Assembly (NCBI GenBank): GCA_048937405.1
Contig: JBHLNF010000009.1
Coordinates: 1 to 64,000, forward strand
Length of the DNA stretch: 64,000 nt
Direction: 5' to 3'
DNA from: Promethearchaeota archaeon
GTDB lineage: Archaea > Asgardarchaeota > Lokiarchaeia > Sigyniarchaeales > SOKP01
Below the pieces are notes generated by a model. The model was not told the origin of the DNA, made no database searches, and worked only from the letters and a program-made list of their open reading frames with translations. Made by a program: the position numbers and the translations under genes. Positions 1 through 8,556 of this stretch are shown here, piece after piece. The number at the start of each line of letters is the position of its first letter. Positions within the stretch are counted from its first letter, which is position 1.

Positions 1-2261
1 GATTGAGCCCAGATACTTATTGGTTCTATATCTCCAGGTTGACGATATGTCTTATGTTCACGATAATATACAACTCCCGCATCATCAAGTAAATAATTTC
101 CAGATACCAAAAATGAAAATATAGCAAAGGATATGATAATTGGTAAGACACAACATAGCATATATCCGACCATAAATTTGAAGAATTCCGAAGAACCAAA
201 TACTCCAAATTCTGTAGGATATCCAAGGTTAGAGGTTAAAATATCATAAGCATAAAATCCAACTGCAATTGATAATAATAAAGGTAAAATCAATCTTTTA
301 AGTTGAATCATAACACCAATGTCTCTCCTGCCTTTCATGTCTAAAATGATAATATCTGTTTTATAAGCTTTTGAAATTTTAAAGAATAAAGTCCTTAACT
401 TAATAAATAAAAGAGCAAAATGGGGAGCAAAACGATTATATAAAGCAGCAGTTAATGGTAAAGTCCCATACCAAATAATACATACAGTTAAAAACACAGT
501 AATTATTGCTGTGTTATTAGAATTCGGAATTAAGGTAGCGTTAAAGATATTCAAAAAGACGAGGAATAGTAGGAAAGTTATTGTCATTAACACTATAGCA
601 AGACTATTTACAACTATTGTAAGTTTATGCTCTTTAATATTTTGTCGTCGATATTTCAATCTTTTTGCTTTAAGAAGAATAATCACCAAACCAATACATA
701 CTAATGCAGTAAGTATAATGAATAGCGGAAAACCTAAAGGGAATTCTTTTGATAGCCATAATCCCTCAGGTTTATTAGAAGAAATGGCTACAAATCTTCC
801 ATCCTTTGAGAATGCAAAATCCTTAATACCATCATTGTCAATATCATCTATTGTAATAATTCTTTCAGCAGAAGCATCTAGATTCAAAACTGCATAAACA
901 GATCCGTCAAGATTTGAAATTGTAAAACGGTTAACGTCACCAGCACTCAAAGGATTTCTTAACTGTTTAAAAAGAATTATATCATCAACCGAATCACTAT
1001 CAATGTCATCATGTAATATAAAAACATTTTCCTCAATCTCCTTATTATCAGGTTCATGGTGTTTTTCCCATATTAATTCCTGTGAACTAAGACTAATTGA
1101 ATAAATTTGCCAAAATCTTTCTCTTAAATTACTATTTTCATAAAAATACTTAATATTGAAAAAAACGTAAGTTTCACCATCATTGACATCATTATGGAGT
1201 TCCTCTATTATTACTTCACTGTTTTCTGGAATTACAAATTGTTTTATTATTCCTCCACTAAACCCATTTATTAGAAAAACACTTCCAATTTTAAAGGTTA
1301 CAATTATTTCTAATATTCCATCTGCATCTAGATCTTCAATAATTTCATAACTGTCAATACTATTAAGAAAAGGTATTTCATAAATTGGTTCAAAAAAATT
1401 ACTTGAACTTAAATTTAATAAAATTATAGATTCAGGGCTAATAAAAAGTAAATGAGATTGATCATTATAATGAAATAATTCTAAATGTGGAAGAGAATCC
1501 TTTGAGTGAGGATATGCATAGGAAGTGTTATTAATAATATCTTTCATAGTCCCGTTAATATAATATGTGGTGATCCTCCAGCGATACTCCAAAAGACTCT
1601 CATTTCCATTAAATGTTTCAAATTCTTCAGCTTCTAAAAGGATAAGATCTTCCTCTGAATCAGGTATAACGTCTAAGCTTATCACGTCATGAACATAAAA
1701 ATTCGTAAAGCTAATCTCATTAATGTCACTTCCATTATTACCATAAATCAGCTTATTGTCATATGAGTTTAGTGGGTATTTTGGTTCATACTCTATTGTT
1801 TCTTTACCTTCATCATTTTTAATCTTTTCATTCCAATCAGGAGTAACTGAAGCCTTACAAATAAAATAATCTTTAATATTATCACCATTAATATCCATTA
1901 TTGGAAATACTCCTTTTACAGCTTCATTATACTCTCTTTCCCATATCTTATATCCAGTAGAACTTTCAAAACAAAAGATCCCACCATAATCACGTGTTTC
2001 AATTCTTTCTTCTTCACTATATCCTCTAAGGTCAGCATAACCAATTAGGTCACGGATTCCATTTCCATTTATATCTTCAGTTTCTTGAATATAAGTCTCT
2101 ATGGGATATGATTCCCTAAGTTTTTCCCAAGCCCAACCCGGTTGTAGTTCCATTTGCGTAATAAAGATAGTTCCTAAAGATCCAAATATTACAAAAGAAA
2201 CCGCTAAAAGTACTAAGTTTATAGGGCGTGATTTATTCTCTTTATTTTTTTTGAAATTCAT
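1..2261 (-). CDS. FG-GAP/VCBS-type Ca-binding beta-propeller membrane protein with C-terminal multi-pass TM region; 3' end runs off the window (>=753 aa); absent from ORF track
   Basis: Manual translation from ATG 2261: MNFKKNKENKSRPINLVLLAVSFVIFGSLGTIFI (signal anchor), then DINGNGIRD, DINGDNIKD, DLDADGILE, DIDSDSVDD and DIDNDGIKD all in the same frame, then hydrophobic helices; frame open at every segment checked down to position 3. Confidence 0.8.
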   Translation of the reverse strand, partial: MNFKKNKENKSRPINLVLLAVSFVIFGSLGTIFITQMELQPGWAWEKLRESYPIETYIQETEDINGNGIRDLIGYADLRGYSEEERIETRDYGGIFCFESSTGYKIWEREYNEAVKGVFPIMDINGDNIKDYFICKASVTPDWNEKIKNDEGKETIEYEPKYPLNSYDNKLIYGNNGSDINEISFTNFYVHDVISLDVIPDSEEDLILLEAEEFETFNGNESLLEYRWRITTYYINGTMKDIINNTSYAYPHSKDSLPHLELFHYNDQSHLLFISPESIILLNLSSSNFFEPIYEIPFLNSIDSYEIIEDLDADGILEIIVTFKIGSVFLINGFSGGIIKQFVIPENSEVIIEELHNDVNDGETYVFFNIKYFYENSNLRERFWQIYSISLSSQELIWEKHHEPDNKEIEENVFILHDDIDSDSVDDIILFKQLRNPLSAGDVNRFTISNLDGSVYAVLNLDASAERIITIDDIDNDGIKDFAFSKDGRFVAISSNKPEGLWLSKEFPLGFPLFIILTALVCIGLVIILLKAKRLKYRRQNIKEHKLTIVVNSLAIVLMTITFLLFLVFLNIFNATLIPNSNNTAIITVFLTVCIIWYGTLPLTAALYNRFAPHFALLFIKLRTLFFKISKAYKTDIIILDMKGRRDIGVMIQLKRLILPLLLSIAVGFYAYDILTSNLGYPTEFGVFGSSEFFKFMVGYMLCCVLPIIISFAIFSFLVSGNYLLDDAGVVYYREHKTYRQPGDIEPISIWAQ

Positions 2262-2413
2262 TTTTTTTTAAAACATTATTTTATATTAATAATTACATAG
2301 AATTAGCCTTTAAAATATAAAAACATTTAAGGTTTTATTCTATTCATTTTGATAGAATTAATAAGAAAGAATATTATTCACAATTTAAAAAAGAAAAAAA
2401 ATTATTATTAATT

Positions 2414-2484
2414 GGGGTGCTTTAGAGTTATTAATTACAAGATCACTCCTGTGAATCGTTATTATCTTGATTCTAAAGCGCTCC
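2414..2484 (+). other. Long GC-richer stem-loop in AT-rich intergenic DNA
   Basis: GGGGTGCTTTAGAGTTA (2414-2430) pairs with 2468-2484 over 17 bp, with 4 G-U pairs on the + strand; inner CAAGAT/ATCTTG and CAC/GTG stems. Confidence 0.5.
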
Positions 2485-2507
2485 GCCTTGAATTTCAAAT
2501 GTATTTA

Positions 2508-2987
2508 TTAACTATCACTAATATTAATATTTTTTGCAGGTTTTTTTCCTACTGAAATTTTTAGAAGCCCATTTGCCATTTTAGAAGTAAGTGTATCCGC
2601 ATTTGCATCGACTGGCAAAGGAATATCCATATTTACTTCTACAAAGGAATATCCTTTCCAGAAAAATGGGATACTCCAATCTTTCGTAGTAGATTCCTCT
2701 GTTGGTTTATCTTTTAAGTTCTCTTTTTCAGGAATTTTCGGTTTATCTGCTTTGATGTTAATATGTTTATTAATTAGAGACACTTTAACATCTTGTTTTG
2801 TACGACCTGCTAATGGAACTGTTATCAAATAAGAGTCTCCGAGGTCTTCAACATTATATGGGATATGAGTTCTCATAAAATTCCCCATAAAGTGCTTAGC
2901 TATTCTTTTCATTTTTGCTACATCACGAGGTCCAAAATTACAGCAGTCAGCAAAAACTTTAGGACCATGATGGCTTTCTTGACACAT
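2508..2987 (-). CDS. Hsp20/alpha-crystallin small heat-shock protein
   Basis: PYNVEDLGDSYLITVPLAG...DVKVS...IPLPVDA...SKMANGLLKISVGK alpha-crystallin signature. Confidence 0.85.
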   Translation of the reverse strand: MCQESHHGPKVFADCCNFGPRDVAKMKRIAKHFMGNFMRTHIPYNVEDLGDSYLITVPLAGRTKQDVKVSLINKHINIKADKPKIPEKENLKDKPTEESTTKDWSIPFFWKGYSFVEVNMDIPLPVDANADTLTSKMANGLLKISVGKKPAKNINISDS

Positions 2988-3028
2988 TTTTTTTCCTCAC
3001 TTTTTTTTGAATTTCATATTGGGATAAG

Positions 3029-3679
3029 TTAAAAATTCTCATACTCGTCATCATCTACAATCGGGATTGTTTTAGTATTTGCACTCCTTTTTTTTATTAA
3101 TATCTCTAATATTTCTCTATATTTTTTAAGGTCTTTCTCAATTTCATCTAGTCTCAATGAAACCCTTTCTTTACTAAATTGTAGGTCGTTTATAATTCTC
3201 TCAACTCTTCTAATATTTTTTAAAGAATAGTCTTCATCATCTATTTTTCTTTCAACTGGAGCACAATGAAAAGGAAAGCATGACATTACTCCTTTAATTC
3301 CTTTTTCATGAGGTAACCATGTATTTACTATTGTACGAATATAATCTCCTAAAGTATTCATACTGTTTTCAAAATTATCTTTTAGGATTTCTTTTAATCT
3401 CTCTTCGCCCTGAAGGGTTATATTATATATCTTTTTTTGACGATTATTTTCATCAATTAACTCTTTTGATTCAATAAATCCTTTTTCATCTAGTCTGTTT
3501 AATAAAGGATAAATGGTTCCAGGAGATGCTCTCCACATTGGTTTAAATTTTCTATTGATCACTTGACTTATTTCATATCCAGATATCCCTTCATGACTCC
3601 TTATTATTGAAAGTACTAATAGATCTAACCCAGAAAAATCATCACCTCGATATCCACTAAAACGTTTTCCAAAGAACAA
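3029..3679 (-). CDS. PadR-family transcriptional regulator
   Basis: SGYEI...WRASPGTIYPLLNRLDEKGFI...KKIYNITLQG; TTG start preceded by GGAGAG. Confidence 0.9.
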   Translation of the reverse strand: MFFGKRFSGYRGDDFSGLDLLVLSIIRSHEGISGYEISQVINRKFKPMWRASPGTIYPLLNRLDEKGFIESKELIDENNRQKKIYNITLQGEERLKEILKDNFENSMNTLGDYIRTIVNTWLPHEKGIKGVMSCFPFHCAPVERKIDDEDYSLKNIRRVERIINDLQFSKERVSLRLDEIEKDLKKYREILEILIKKRSANTKTIPIVDDDEYENF

Positions 3680-3710
3680 TTTTTAACTCTCCAATTTTGT
3701 TTTTTTTAAA

Positions 3711-3780
3711 ATATTCGATATTGAATATATTATATATAAGAAAAGAATATTCCTTAATAAATATATCGGAGATCGAATAT
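3711..3780. promoter_or_regulatory. Two imperfect palindromes, candidate PadR operator
   Basis: ATATTCGATATTGAATAT (3711-3728) and ATATCGGAGATCGAATAT (3763-3780), consensus palindrome ATATTCGATATCGAATAT, just upstream of padR. Confidence 0.5.
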
Positions 3781-4187
3781 CCTGCAATTATAGAGAAAAA
3801 CTAAATTCTATAATAGCAATAACTCATAATGAAAGATAGGGAATAAAATTTCGAATTAAAGTTTATTAAAGTCATTTTTTTATGAGGAAAAATTAAAAAG
3901 TCTTACTTATGAGTTCTAGAACGAATTACTGATGAAATTCTTATAGATTTTAAATAATATAAAGATAAATCTTAATTAATATAATTTTTAGAATAAATCA
4001 AAAACCGACTAATTAAGAATATAAATTTGTTATAATACCATCTAAATGAAAAATCATTTTATAGTAACTAGTCTGTTGGGATAGCACGCATCAATAAATG
4101 AAGCAGAATCATTAAATAAACAAATTTATCTGTATTATTTATGACAAAAGTTTATAGTCAATGATTCAAAAATACTCTTTTTAGATA

Positions 4188-4922
4188 ATGATAGCACAAT
4201 TAACTACCTTTGAACTTTTTTATGGAAGTTTTACATTCGCATCTGTTATTATTTCGACAATTTTGGGTTTATTTATAGCATTTAGGTATTTCAAACATAA
4301 ACAAGTAGAATTAATTTTAGTCGGGATGACTTGGATATTGTTAGCAAGCCCTTACTGGTCAGATGCAATTCAATTTTTGGCAATTATTATTTTTGACTTA
4401 GAGATAAATACATATCTATATTTTTTCTTAGCGAATGCATTTATAGCCCCGATTCATATCATCTGGATTTATGCTCTCACCAATTTCTTATATAAAAACA
4501 TGCAAAAGAAGATAATGCCCTTTTTTATTATAGAGTCTCTTATATTTGAAATCGTTTTTCTCATTGTCTTCTGTATAAATCCACGTATTATAGGAGAACA
4601 AAAAACCGTTTTTGTTGTAGAATGGGCGATTTGGGTGCAGGTTTATCTGTTATTTTCAATAATTATGTTTTTAGCTACGGGATTCTTATTTGCAAGAGCT
4701 AGTCTCAAATCAGAAGAACCTGAGATAAAATTGAAGGGCAAATTTTTAATTGTAGCATTTATAACATTTACAATTGGAACATTAATAGATGTAATTGGTA
4801 CAGAAAGCCCTACGGAAATAACTATTTTTTTTGCGAGAATATTTGTGATTATCAGTTCTCTCTGCTTTTATATTGGATTTACGTTACCTAGAATTATAAA
4901 AGATTTATTGATAAAGGTATAA
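4188..4922 (+). CDS. Stand-alone 7-TM membrane protein (HisKA_7TM/MASE-like sensor module)
   Basis: Seven hydrophobic segments, no soluble domain. Confidence 0.6.
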   Translation: MIAQLTTFELFYGSFTFASVIISTILGLFIAFRYFKHKQVELILVGMTWILLASPYWSDAIQFLAIIIFDLEINTYLYFFLANAFIAPIHIIWIYALTNFLYKNMQKKIMPFFIIESLIFEIVFLIVFCINPRIIGEQKTVFVVEWAIWVQVYLLFSIIMFLATGFLFARASLKSEEPEIKLKGKFLIVAFITFTIGTLIDVIGTESPTEITIFFARIFVIISSLCFYIGFTLPRIIKDLLIKV

Positions 4923-5164
4923 GTATTCTCTCAATTTTAGAGACTGAATAGAAAATGGAAATTGTATATAGAAAAAGTTTGCTGTATAAATTTCCAGTAT
5001 ATATAAAAAAAGAATTTTATGTTTTAACAATAAAATTTAGAAGAATATATTATAAAAGTATTATTGGAGTTATATGGCAGAAGTATATTAAAAATCGTGA
5101 AATGAAGCTTTCACGAATATTATTTTTTTAACTAATCTTATTTTAAAAAAGCATTTAACCAAAA

Positions 5165-6217
5165 TTATTGTTTTCCTAATTTTGATATCATTTTTGGTGT
5201 CCTAATTAATTCTGGTGTCTCCTTTAATGGATTATCAAATTCATAATCAGATAAATTACTTTTTAAGTCTTCAGCGAGGACACCTAATTTATTAGCTGTA
5301 GAAGCGATTTCTTCCATTGATGATGTTTGTTGTTCTGAAGAAGAACTAATATTTTCAAGGGCTCTTGAATTTCTCTCGCCTGCTTCAGTAGCACTTTCAA
5401 TATCTTGTGTTATTGCACTAATTAAATCAACAGTCTTTTTGATGCGTTTTGTTATATCTGTAACTTGTGTAGCAGTATTAATTGTAGCGTTTTTAGATTC
5501 CTCTGCGAGTTTTCTCACTTCATCTGCTACTACTGCAAATCCTCTACCATATTTTCCAGCCCGACCTGCTTCTATACTTGCATTTAATGCCAATAGGTTC
5601 GTTTGATCTGAAATATTTGTTACAAGATCCATTATTCTGTTAATATCATTAGTAGATTTCATGATCCCATGAGCAAGTTCATTGATATTACTTGCCATGT
5701 TGCTGATTTCAACAAGAGAACCGACTTGATCTTGTGTATTCACAGAAACCTCCTGTGTAGTTGAAGAAATTTCTTCTGATGCTACATTTACTTCACTTGC
5801 ACTTGCCGCTAATTCTGTGGCTATATTTGCTACTTGAATAGACATCTTTGAAGAATCTGTTAGTAATTTGTTTAGTTGATCTTGAGTGTTTTTAAGATTC
5901 ATTACATTTTTGTTAAGTTTATCATTAGTATTTTTAAGATTCATCACAGTTTTATTTATAAAATACAGAATAATTGATAATGCTATCCCTACAACAAAAA
6001 TGTAGGTTAACCATGCACTCTCAAATATCAATGTTTGAGATGTTACTAAGAGTGCAACAATCATCATTGCAGATACCATCATAACTCCTACCTTAAATTC
6101 TATACTATGAATATTTTTTCCCAGTCTATAATAGAAGAATAAGGTTAATCCTATCCAAGCTGAAAAACCTATTATAAAATAATGTGATGTATCAAGTTGA
6201 CCAAGAGGTAGATCCAA
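5165..6217 (-). CDS. Methyl-accepting chemotaxis protein (3 TM, no HAMP)
   Basis: [40 protein letters not shown] hairpin tip. Confidence 0.9.
   Translation of the reverse strand: MDLPLGQLDTSHYFIIGFSAWIGLTLFFYYRLGKNIHSIEFKVGVMMVSAMMIVALLVTSQTLIFESAWLTYIFVVGIALSIILYFINKTVMNLKNTNDKLNKNVMNLKNTQDQLNKLLTDSSKMSIQVANIATELAASASEVNVASEEISSTTQEVSVNTQDQVGSLVEISNMASNINELAHGIMKSTNDINRIMDLVTNISDQTNLLALNASIEAGRAGKYGRGFAVVADEVRKLAEESKNATINTATQVTDITKRIKKTVDLISAITQDIESATEAGERNSRALENISSSSEQQTSSMEEIASTANKLGVLAEDLKSNLSDYEFDNPLKETPELIRTPKMISKLGKQ
5867..5950 (-). repeat. 42-bp in-frame tandem duplication in the MCP
   Basis: [14 protein letters not shown] / [14 protein letters not shown]; DNA units 5867-5908 and 5909-5950. 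Confidence 0.85.
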
Positions 6218-6514
6218 AATCTTTTCACTTTCCTTTACAATTTAATATATTTCTACATATAAGTACAAAATTTTGCTTTTTAAGGCTTTTCTTTCAATAA
6301 AGTTTAAATAATCTAAATAAAATACTTATAGGATTTACAGAAACTACCAAAATGAAGATAATTATGAAAAATTATTCATATTTGTTTTTCTCAATAAAAA
6401 CTTTTAATAATAAAAAAATGTAAATTTTCTTTAGAAAACGCGGAGCCTTGGTTGGTTTTATAAAGCTGAAAGAATTTGATATTATATAGTCAATTTTTAA
6501 ACTTTTGAATTAGA

Positions 6515-7309
6515 ATGAGTAATAAAGATTTATTTTATAAAATTAAAGGATTATTAATTGATATCGATGGAACACTCTATTTTAAAGGCTCTCCAATACC
6601 AAGTGCGATTAATACAGTATCTAAACTTAAAAATGCAGATATTAAATTACTCTTTCTTACTAATACAGACAGTAAAACTCCAAAAACGGTTTTAAAGACC
6701 TTACAACAGTATGGATTTAATATAAAAATGGAGGAAATATTTACACCAATTATAGCCTTAAGAGAATTCTTGTCGAAATATCCTGAGAAAAAATCTTATT
6801 TCGTTACTACAGAAGAAGTTTTAAAAGAATTTGAAGAATTTCCTAAAGTTAAGGGGTCTGAAATCCCAGAGTTTGTCGTTATAGGTGATTTTCATGATAA
6901 TTGGGATGTTAAACGTCTCAATGTAGCTTTTCAGTATATACTTAAAGGTGCTAAACTCTTAGGGACACAAGGAAATAAATATTATCTCGATAAAAAAGGT
7001 GAACCCGTTATAGATACGGGATCTTTTGTACAAATGATTGCTAATGCCGCGAATGTTCTCCCTAAAATATTTGGAAAACCATCAAAAGAATTTTTCTTTC
7101 AAGCGCTTAATAAAATACATCTTACGCCTAATGAAATACTAGTGGTAGGGGATGATTTAGAATCTGATATTCAAGGAGCAATCAATTCAGATATAAAGGG
7201 TGTTCTTGTTAAGACAGGTAAAGGAAAGTTTTATGATTCTAAAACATCAAAAATTAAACCTTTTATGGTTATCGATTCTTTTAGTTCAATATCAAATTTT
7301 TTTCTTTAA
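6515..7309 (+). CDS. HAD-superfamily IIA hydrolase (NagD/LHPP-like)
   Basis: DIDGTL, LTN, FGKPS, VVGDDLESDIQGA, LVKTGK. Confidence 0.9.
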   Translation: MSNKDLFYKIKGLLIDIDGTLYFKGSPIPSAINTVSKLKNADIKLLFLTNTDSKTPKTVLKTLQQYGFNIKMEEIFTPIIALREFLSKYPEKKSYFVTTEEVLKEFEEFPKVKGSEIPEFVVIGDFHDNWDVKRLNVAFQYILKGAKLLGTQGNKYYLDKKGEPVIDTGSFVQMIANAANVLPKIFGKPSKEFFFQALNKIHLTPNEILVVGDDLESDIQGAINSDIKGVLVKTGKGKFYDSKTSKIKPFMVIDSFSSISNFFL

Positions 7310-7546
7310 TAGAATTTTGAAAATTGTCTCATTTCATGAAATATTAGTATTTCTTTTTAATATGATTTATATTATATCTTAAATTGAATAATTCACTTCT
7401 GAACTAAATAATATTAAACAAATAGAGTCCAATTTATACTAATCAGATATATTTTTTAGTAATTCATAAGAATAAAAAGATTTATATATTTCATTCTGTT
7501 GTTAATTCATAAAAACTAATTTAACTTAAAATAGGATGTATTATTC

Positions 7547-8554
7547 ATGGCTTTAAAAGAATATTATGTTCGAGATTTAGTGATTAACGATGAATACGGG
7601 ATAATTGATTCAAACGCAACGATTCAAGAAGCTGCTAAAAAGATGAAAGAATTAGGCGTTCCAGATTTGGTGGTCATTAAAGGAGAAAAAGAAAAAGTAG
7701 TTGGAGTTATTGCAGACTTTGATATTGTTCAAAATGTTGTTGCAGAAGGTGTTGATAGTAAAACTGAAAAAGTAATATCAACTATGTATAAGATTGCTCC
7801 AGTATCATTAAACACTCCTGTTACTGAAGCATTTTCACGAATGCGTGATTTGAATGTAAATGTAGTACCTGTAGTTGAAAATGAGAAACTTGTAGGCGTG
7901 TGTACAATTCATGATTGTTGGAGTTACATTCCAGATCAAAATGTTGATGAAATTGGGCTTATTCCAGTAAGGAATACAAGAGTAGCAGAATTCTGGTTTG
8001 CTAGTGCATCCGCTATAGTTGCATTTGTTATAGGGATTATATTACCCCTCGCAGGAGTTTATGGTTATTTTTCTGGAAATCAAGCTGATCTTCTGAGTTT
8101 TTTGGGAATGGCAGAAAGAAAAAGTGGAGAAGTAATATTCGAGCTTTTTGAGGTACGTGGTTCGGATTTCTTTGTATCTTTCCTCGACTTATTTACAAGA
8201 AATGGACCAATGTGGATCATTATTGAGATATTCAGTATATTTTTGATAATATTTGGAATAGTTGGTTTATTTTCGATAATTTATGTTAGTTTTTCTGATA
8301 CAAGACGAATAGAAACAGGTTATATTACTCGATTAGTATTTCCAGGTTTAACTGTTTTTTTTATGGTTTTTCAATGGATTCTTTTTTTAATTGCCTTTAT
8401 AACTACTACTCCACCACCTGCTATAACGATTGATATAACAGGATTAATAATGTCCATAATTTCCATAGTTTTATTTCTTTTAGCAATCAATAGAGACTAT
8501 CTTTTCCGTGAAAAAACTACATCTCCATCTACATCAAGAGAGGTGCAGACATAA
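7547..8554 (+). CDS. CBS-domain pair fused to 4-TM membrane domain
   Basis: ATIQEAAKKM...VVGVIADFDI and TPVTEAFSRM...VPVVENEKLVGVCTIHD, then four hydrophobic helices. Confidence 0.8.
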   Translation: MALKEYYVRDLVINDEYGIIDSNATIQEAAKKMKELGVPDLVVIKGEKEKVVGVIADFDIVQNVVAEGVDSKTEKVISTMYKIAPVSLNTPVTEAFSRMRDLNVNVVPVVENEKLVGVCTIHDCWSYIPDQNVDEIGLIPVRNTRVAEFWFASASAIVAFVIGIILPLAGVYGYFSGNQADLLSFLGMAERKSGEVIFELFEVRGSDFFVSFLDLFTRNGPMWIIIEIFSIFLIIFGIVGLFSIIYVSFSDTRRIETGYITRLVFPGLTVFFMVFQWILFLIAFITTTPPPAITIDITGLIMSIISIVLFLLAINRDYLFREKTTSPSTSREVQT

Positions 8555-8556
8555 AA

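Noticed and set aside
26-897. Track ORFs 26-226 (-) and 511-897 (+)
   Set aside because: Shadow frames within the long minus-strand propeller gene
2414-2484. Possible SECIS element in the hsp20 3' UTR
   Set aside because: No in-frame UGA in the adjacent genes, no AUGA/GA core on the mRNA strand, and pairing favours the opposite strand
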